This document shows positions 46,701 to 55,170 of a stretch of DNA of 55,170 nucleotides, in pieces. Position 1 is the first letter of the stretch. Each line of letters opens with the position of its first letter. Where the stretch lies: contig JAQGDQ010001211.1 of NCBI GenBank assembly GCA_030141605.1, positions 1 to 55,170 on the forward strand. The letters are read 5' to 3'. Under the pieces are notes generated by a model that was not told the DNA's origin, did not search any database, and saw nothing but the letters and a program-made list of their open reading frames with translations. This stretch comes from Tubiluchus corallicola (lineage: Eukaryota; Animalia; Priapulida). Both the position numbers and the translations under genes were made by a program.

Positions 46701-48075
46701 TAGTCAAAATAACAGCTTGACTATATACAAGGTTGTGTGTCATAATAGCAATTATTTTCATAGAAGAAACATTCAGCCATTATTCCTCATATGCTGGAAA
46801 AGGATGAACAAATCTTTGTATGACGAAATGATGGAAATTAACATTACTGGTTCATGAAAAAAATGTAGTGATAGATTCCATATGAAATGAGACTGTAGCA
46901 GAGCGATAAAGATCACATTACAGATTCATCGAGTAACACTATACATAGCCATGTCACAGTATAGTGATGTTATAGAACAGTGATGGAAGGTACCATTATC
47001 AACATGTCACGTAAAATGATGTGATAGTAACGAAAAAACTGCCATCAAGGCGTCAAATGAAGAGACATGATAACGTGATGCGAGTCACTATTAATGTCTT
47101 CATCGAGTAACATGATACATAGCCATGTCACAGTATAGTGATGGATGTTATAGAACAGTGATGGAAAGTACCATCATCAACGAGTCACATAAAATGATGC
47201 AATAGTAACGAAAAAACTGCCATCAATGCGACAAATGAAGAGACGTGGTGACGTGATGCGAGTCACTATTAATGTCACGTGAAAAACTGCCATCAAGGCA
47301 ACAAATGCATTATAAGAGAGAAACTGAATATTTTAAAGAATTGTCTTGATGAAATTGAACATAATTACTGATTATTAATCAGTACTAAAGCAGTAAACAA
47401 GTAAAACTGATAACAGTGGTGGCAACTACTGCTAATATATCACATAAAGTGACATGACAATGACGAAGGTAAACAGTACCGAAACTAGAATATTTCAAAA
47501 AATACCAAGGCATCAGGGAAAAACTCCTGTCATGACATATGGAGAAATGCACGCCATTAAAGATTGCACAGTTAAAACTGCTTGATAAAGTTGAACGTAA
47601 CAGTCAGCATTGAAACTGTACCAACAATAGCGGTACAGAAAACAGCCGCTATTTAGAGATTACATGATCGAAATCAAAATTCCTTTGTAGAAATCGAATA
47701 TGTAATCAGCATTGAAACAGAACCAACAAATACGTTACAAAAAACAGCATCCAATTAAAGATTACAAGATCAAAATGCCCTTGTTGAAACTGAACATAAT
47801 CATTGAAAAATACAGTACGAAAAAAAGGTTCTTTATAGATTGCACGTTCAAAACTGTGAGGAAAAAATTGAAAGCAATCATCAATGAAACTGTGCCAACA
47901 ATTACAGCATCGATAAAAGCTCCATTAAAGATGAACGATTGTGGACAAATTGAAAGTTATCGGTAATAACCGTAACAACAATTATACAAAAACTCAGTTA
48001 AAGATTGAACGATTGAAATTGCAGTGGATAAAATTCAAAGTTATCGGTATTGAACTCGTACCAACAATTATAGCA
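43749..48075. repeat. ~4.3 kb non-coding module, copy 2
   Basis: Colinear with 38027-41560. Confidence 0.85.
44078..44715. repeat. 72-bp minisatellite (~8-9 units)
   Basis: tttacaatggagaaaaaagtaaaaaactccaatttacatttcaagaacaagtcaaatcatttcatcaaacta. Confidence 0.9.
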
Positions 48076-48875
48076 CAGAAAAAAGCTTCATTAACGATTG
48101 TAGGATCAAAACTGAATTGACTAAATTGAAAATAATCAACACCGAAGCCTGACAAGAAATTAACTTCAAATGGCTTTGCCAGATTTGGTCTGCTGCTTAA
48201 GAGACAGGAGTTTAAGATTAGGGATATTTTTGCATTCAACTGCAAGGTCACGTTGTTGTGGAGGGACTGCAACTAGACTGCAAGGTCATGTTGTTGTGGA
48301 GGGACTGCAACTAGACTCTTTATGAAAACTAATCATCTAAGCGTAGACATTGGACCGGGAAGGTGAACTGTGATTTTGATATGGTCACCCATCCATTCAC
48401 TATCGGGTCTCTAGCTTCGATTGCTAAACTAAGTCAGCCATGTTTTGGCTAATATGATTTTAGTAGCGACGACTCATCCGTGTACTATCTAGTCTTTACT
48501 CTATATAATTTCAATTCCTAAACAAAGTCAGCCATGTTTTAGCGTATGTGATTTTTAGTAGTGGTCACTCATCTAATTACTCTCTAGTCTTAGCTCTGGT
48601 TAACTTCACTTCAATTGTCAAGATTACTAATTTCGCCCTAAAGCTAGTTCAACAAAAAACAAACACCAGGCGGCACAACCAGTCTCTTTTGCAATTTGGA
48701 TTTTGCAAATATTAGACTAAAGTAATATTAAATAATTTGTGAAAGGCCTGCAATTAACAAGGTTAGGCTGGGAGGTGAATCAGGTTTTGAATTATTAGTT
48801 AAGGTAATGGACAAAATATAGGAAGTTACTTTTGAACAGGGATCTAAATGATCTGCATAAAAATTTGAAATCACT

Positions 48876-49272
48876 GTACAGTTCTTTAAACTGCATAGCT
48901 TTCTGTACAGTTCTTTAAATCGCAGAACTTTTTGTACAGTTCTTTAAACTGCATAACTTTTTGTACAATTCTTTAAACCGCAGAACTTTTTGTACAGTTC
49001 TTTAAACTGCATAACTTTTTGTACAGTTCTTTAAACCGCAGAACTTTTTGTACAGTTCTTTAAACCGCAGAACTTTTTGTACAGTTCTTTAAACCGCAGA
49101 ACTTTTTGTACAGTTCTTTAAACCGCAGAACTTTTTGTACAGTTCCTTAAACTGCATAACTTTTTGTACAGTTCTTTAAACCGCAGAACTTTTTGTACAG
49201 TTCTTTAAACCGCAGAACTTTTTGTACAGTTCTTTAAACCGCAGAACTTTTTGTACAATACTTTAAACCGCA
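48876..49272. repeat. 29-bp minisatellite (~13 units)
   Basis: ctttttgtacagttctttaaaccgcagaa. Confidence 0.95.
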
Positions 49273-49896
49273 TAATAATATATGCTTCCCTCAAGTACTT
49301 ACAGTATGTTAGTGGAAAGAAACTGTCAGTCAGTTAATGCCTAGGCCTTGTCTGTCTTTACTGAAAGTTTGTTCTGTACAGTAGCGACATACACTGTACA
49401 TGTACATACTTCTATACACGCGCGCTATGCATAGAAGTATAAATCTGCATGTACAGAATGCATACCACTAAGGTTCTGTACCATATTAGTTAAGTAAATG
49501 GAATCAGAGGTTAATAGCTCAATGTCAGAACTCGGTGTACTTTTGGGAAGCATTTGAAGTTAACAAAATCCTGAACTGTGGTAACAAATTTCTGGTTAGA
49601 ACTTTTTCAGTACAGCGTGGAGTCTCGTTTAGCAAATTCTACGAAATATTTCTTTTAAAGATAACGGGAACACTTAAAAGGAAATGAAGGAACTTTAAGG
49701 CCTCGCCAAGGAAAGGAAAGATGGGCCGGGAGGAGACTGCAGGCTGTCCATCCCACTCCAACCTTGTTCCCTCCTTATTTTACGATCTATTAATATTGAT
49801 TCAACCAGTAAAAAATGTATTTATATACAATAGAAGTTTCACGAAAAATGTGTACTTTCCCTTTAACATATACTTTGTTGGGATAACTGTTTTCCC

Positions 49897-50283
49897 TTTC
49901 ACACAGGGGATGGGCGGACATGGCTTTCTAAAGCATGACTGAATTTCATTTCACAGAGGGGATGGGAGGACATGACTTTCTAAAGCATGACTGAATTTCA
50001 TTTCACAGAGGGGATGGGAGGACATGACTTTCTAAAGCATGACTGAATTTCATTTCACAGAGGAGATGGGAGGACATGGCTTTCTTCTAAAGGCATGACT
50101 AACTCATTACACAGAGGGCATGGGAGGACATGGCTTTCTTCTAACTAAAATCATGACTGACTTTCATTGCACAGAGGGGATGGGAGGACATGGCTCTCTT
50201 CTAAAAGCATGACTGAATTTCATTTCACAGAGGAGATGGGAGGATATGGATTTGTTTCTAAAGTATGAACAACTTTCATTTCA
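49897..50283. repeat. ~52-57-bp minisatellite (~7 units)
   Basis: tttcacagaggggatgggaggacatgactttctaaagcatgactgaatttca. Confidence 0.9.
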
Positions 50284-52946
50284 CTTACTTAGAACGTGGC
50301 TATCTCTCGTTTCCTGGGAGAGGGCAAAACTAAAAAACCCTCAAATGATTTTCAGGAAAGTAGTTGTCTCTCATTCCACAGTAAGAGTTCTAGAGCACGA
50401 CTGTCTTTTAGTTTTTGGTAAAGTACTACCACATCCGGAAGTGGTTGCGGAGGTTAGACATGATTAAAATATTGGCGAATTTACTGTAAAAAAACTTGTA
50501 ATAAACTTTAGTTTATTGATAAGCAAAAGATAACCGTATATTTGTACAAGGGTTTGACAGAATTAGGCCTACCTAAAAGTAGAAACAGTGAATGGATAAA
50601 AATGGATTCCCCTTTTCTTCATCAAGCCTTCATATTCGTTATTCCTTATTTTGACCCTGTATATTAACATTAGAGCTGCTATAAAATTATAAGAAAGTTA
50701 ACTTTTATTGCATGTAACTAAAAGTTGTTATGTTTTTCAGATACGATATTTAGCTGCGTTATTAAATTGGTAAGTTTGACTATTTTCTTGTTGAATTTTT
50801 AAATTTTAAATTACCCCACAGTCCGTGTGTCTATTCGTCCACTGTCCACAATAGGTTTTTTTCTTGTATTTTTGTAACAAATGATCGGATCGTCATGAAA
50901 CTCGTGTGATTCGAACTCTGGATCCTGTGCAGTTAGAATCTTGACATTGCTAAAATGGTTTTAGCTGACCGTGCAGTAAATAACACTTCATTTTTTTTGC
51001 TTATTTCAGATTAGAACGATTCTCACGATTCTTTGAGTTAATATGCCTAAACGGTAAGTAAAGAAATTTTGCTTTTTAGCCAGAAAACCTTTCCATTTAC
51101 TTTTTTATTTTCTGCATATTTACCGTTGTCCAAACAAACAGAAATATTTTTCTGCTGTTAATAGTCTCGTGTGGTGTGAGATTATTCTTTATATATATCA
51201 CTTTTTACAGGATCATCTCACAATTTATTTATGAAACATTTTAAGTTAACAAGCCAGTCCCAGGATAGGACTAGGTATCGGGCAAAAACATTCTCAGAAT
51301 GGTTGGCAAACTTTTAAATAATTGAACGGTTTCAGTTGCAGTTAATTGGACATTTTCCTTTGACTGACTGTGCGATTAAAATCGTTTTTGTGAGGTTGAT
51401 CGATGATCGATTGCTGATCGCGAACAGGGTAGCTGTTTTTACTTTTATAATTTTAAAATTTGATAAACTGGAAATGTTTCTTTGCAGAACTCAATTCAAA
51501 TTTTTATCTTGATAGATAAAATCATACGAGATAGTATTGTGAGACCCGCGGTGTCTGCAGAGCGAAGCATTGGGTTATTCATTATTTTAAGTTTTTCTGT
51601 TTAACTGCCTCGATACGTCATTAGGTTGCCATTTTACTGTTGACATGCAACCGTTTCATGAAAATCGTCTTCTCTAGATTCTATAAAACGTCCTCTATCA
51701 GTGCCATGTAATCCGTTGTTTCATATTTTATCATCTAGTATTTAGAATGTTTACAATAGAAAAACTGGCTAAAAATATATTACATGGTCAGCAACGAGAC
51801 TGAGGATTTGCTTCAAGACGAAACAGATCTCTTTATAAGGTTACATTGCAAGCGAGTAGAAAGCGCTTTTTTAACATAAAAACTGGGTGGGATATACTAC
51901 TGCAGACCCCTTATACCTCTTCCCTTACCTCAACTTGGGTCTGTATTTTTGTAATTGGTAATTTTCCAATTTTCGGGTTTTTATTTTCAGGTAACTCAGT
52001 AATTGCTAAAAAGCATAAAAAGTGATGATACTATTTTACTTAGTTTTGCAAGCAGTAATTCAGTACAGAGCTGCTTTGAATGCTTTTTATTGCTGTTAAA
52101 CTGAATAGCCTAAACGTTGCAAGGCGATACCTAAGTGACTCTTATAAATCTTATTGCTGGTAATTAGTATGTCCTAAATGACATAAACTGTTTTGATTGA
52201 AGTTCGATAATAGTAACTACAAGTTCGATTAAAGCAAAACTTGAAGCTTAAAGCATAAGAATAGAGCAACACAGACAGTGTGATAACAAACTACATTATG
52301 TCTGTATCGAGCACCAGTAATCTGTTGTGTTTGCAATCATTAAAATTTCTACACTCAATAACCTGAAGACTTTGCTGCCAGTAAACAAAACATCGTTTTT
52401 CTTGCACAAGGGTATGACAGAATTAGACCTGCCTAAAAGTAGAAACAGTGAATGGATAAAGATGGATTCCCCTTTTCGAAATCCTAAAATAATTATGAAA
52501 ATGTAATACATTACCAGAAACGTATTAACTGATACTTTACGTTGGTTTTATGACTTAATAACACGTCAAATGTCAGCATAATAATCGGCCCACGTGACGA
52601 CGCAAATGGCCACCAAAGTAGTTTTCATTTTGCTATGAGTTATACAGCATCTCCCCGATGACACCCCACCCCCGATTTTATCGAGAAAATGTAAGAGGCC
52701 ATATTAACGACTTTTTAGAGGCTTACATGTTTGCAAAGATTTATTTTTCCGAGTTTATCCAACCGGTGATGGTCAACCTCTACCCGTCTGTCGGGCCAGG
52801 CCTGCGAACTTCGGACCACATTCATATGCAAGACGTCATATTAAAAGAATTGCTACTAATGGGACAGAATAGTCCCAAATTGTTACTCTGTTTTGTTACT
52901 TTATTACGACACACGCACGATTTTATAGGGGAAATGGATTGACTAT

Positions 52947-53515
52947 TATATATATATATATATATATATAATAATCTTTATTTGCCATTAAAAACATTGA
53001 TAATCACTGATAAAAACTTTACAGAGATGATCAATCAGTGTTAGTTAATAAAAACTTACACTGCTGAAGGCAAATGCGTCAGTGCAATCTAAACTACTGT
53101 GCAGTAATGACGAATAAAATCAAACATATTTACAACTATACACAAAAAAATATAAAAAAAACTATGATTTAATTAATATGGCGGTGGGTATATGAATTCG
53201 GAATTAGTGTGTATGTTGTCGTACTGGTGTGATGGTATTTCTTATCTGGTTAATATTAGTGATTTTAATTTTGTTTTAAATGCTGATAGGGACTTGATTT
53301 GTTTAACCTGTAATGGTAGAGAATTCCAAAGTAAAATTGCTAGTTTGGTTACAGAGTTCGTTCCATAGTGGGTATTTGTCCTAATTTGTTTTAGATTGCT
53401 TGTTCTGGAATTAACGATAGGATTTGGAAAAAAGGTAAATCTGTTATTCTGGAATGGTTTGCTGATGTTGTTAATGTATTTAAATATAAAAAGCAGAGTA
53501 AAATATTCTTTGTGT
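52947..53515 (-). mobile_element. 5'-truncated L2/CR1-group LINE 3' end with (TA)n tail
   Basis: RTNTHYGTNSVTKLAILLWNSLPLQVKQIKSLSAFKTKLK* followed by 3' UTR, AATAAA and (TA)n. Confidence 0.75.
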
Positions 53516-54024
53516 GCTTCAATGATGTGCTTTTAACGACTTTAGAGGCCTTAAAGCCTCGTGACTACTTTTACATGTTTGTTATACAACTATTTTTAAA
53601 GCTTATCCAACGGATAATGATAGCCACACTTCAGTGCTGCCTAATCTCGTTTGTGAACTTTAATTCCATGAAAATGAAGAGAGAACTTATGAGACACGAA
53701 CCTGTTTTTTATTTGGGACAGCAAACTATTAAAACACAGTGAGATTACAGTCTAGGTAAGAAAAACCTCAGTCGATATTTCTGCAAAGAAGCCATGAAAA
53801 GTTAAATGATAATTATGCAACTCATTAATGTAACATTTCCTTACCTAAATAACACAACTGATGCAACAATTATCTACTCAAGTTAATGTTACAAGAAAGA
53901 TTGCAGGTGTTGATCATAAAAATGCCATTGACCCATAATTAGCAATAGCCAATAGCCACTGGACAGAACAACAAGTTCTTGGGGAAAAAACTGGAATCAA
54001 AGGTGTGGTTGAACTGGAACCTTG

Positions 54025-54596
54025 TTAAACGAAGACCGGACGATTGTTTAGACTCAATCTCATTTTAATTTACTGTCCAAAATATACATTTTCCTGCCTA
54101 TAAGGCTTAAACGAAGACCGGACAATTGTTTAGACTCAATCTCATTTTAATTTACTGTCCAAAATATACATTCTCTTGCCTAAAAAGCTTAAAGGAAGAC
54201 CGGACGATTGTTTAGACTCAATCTCATTTTAATTTAATGTCCAAAATATACATTTTCTTGCCTATAAAGCTTAAAGGAAGACCGGACGATTGTTTAGACT
54301 CAATCTCATTTTAATTTAATGTCCAAAATATACATTCTCTTGCCTATAAAGCTTAAAGGAAGACCGGACGATTGTTTAGACTCAATCTCATTTTAATTTA
54401 ATGTCCAAAATATACATTCTCTTGCCTATAAAGATTAAAGGAAGACCGGACGATTGTTTAGACTCAATCTCATTTTAATTTAATGTCCAAAATATACATT
54501 CTCTTGCCTATAAAGATTAAAGGAAGACCGGATGATTGTTTAGACTCAATCTCATTTTAATTTACTGTCCAAAATATACATTTTCTTGCCTATAAA
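54025..54596. repeat. ~82-bp minisatellite x7
   Basis: gaagaccggacgattgtttagactcaatctcattttaattt...gcctataaagcttaaag. Confidence 0.95.
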
Positions 54597-55067
54597 AGTT
54601 AACAATTGTTTCTTATATTTGAATAATTAGCTTAGAAAGTAAATTAACGGCAACCGAACACAGCTATTGCTTACGTCACAAACTAACCACAGTTTGTGCA
54701 ATGGCAGGCATCTTCCCTTGCGCGTCAAGCACACTTGCATAAGTGTTACTGTACTGCTTAAACGCGTGATGTCACAAAAATGGGCTTTACATCATATGAC
54801 GTCAGAAGCTAACACTGCAGTTCATGATCATGTTGATCACGGTACCGCCTTCTTTTTGTCAGCCACGCGAATGTGACAAAAAGGCGCCGTTGCCAATCTT
54901 AGTAGATTCACTGAGCTGCGCGTAACTTTTAAAGTTAAAATTTGAGTGTCCGAGGTAATTATTATTTAATCTAAGCTTTGACTTAAATATTTTAAAGCAT
55001 TCTTTATTCTGAACTCGTGTCTACACAATCATCCGGTTTTTCTTTTACTTTTGACCTTTTCACGATC

Positions 55068-55145
<78 letters not shown>

Positions 55146-55170
55146 AGAGAGAGAAAGAGAGAGAGAGAGA
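55068..55170. repeat. (GA)n microsatellite
   Basis: Direct reading. Confidence 0.95.

Noticed and set aside
27931-54596. Regular tandem arrays as possible CRISPR
   Set aside because: Head-to-tail units without unique spacers, eukaryotic context, no cas genes.

Overview
AT-rich animal (invertebrate-like) genomic DNA with spliceosomal introns. The left 20.6 kb holds one minus-strand multi-exon gene that I reconstructed by hand from splice sites. Its architecture is signal peptide, LRRs, LRRCT, a dibasic linker mini-exon, a complete 6-blade tectonin (tachylectin-1-like) propeller, then a tandem array of single-exon Ca-binding EGF domains running off the left edge. The array has 18 full-length EGF exon copies: 13 intact, 2 Cys-altered and 3 dead, plus fragments. 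All introns are phase 1. The array shows recent duplication, a chimeric exon and fold-back inverted exon pieces. Further right are: a decayed APE-RT LINE inserted with an ATTTTG TSD into an older repeat; a 13-finger minisatellite-like C2H2 zinc-finger gene whose stop codon lies in an AP-1-site minisatellite; a 5'-truncated BEL/Pao element with an intact RNase H-integrase ORF and one LTR; a ~4.3 kb duplicated non-coding module with independently expanded minisatellites; Penelope, RTE and L2 remnants; and many tandem repeats.
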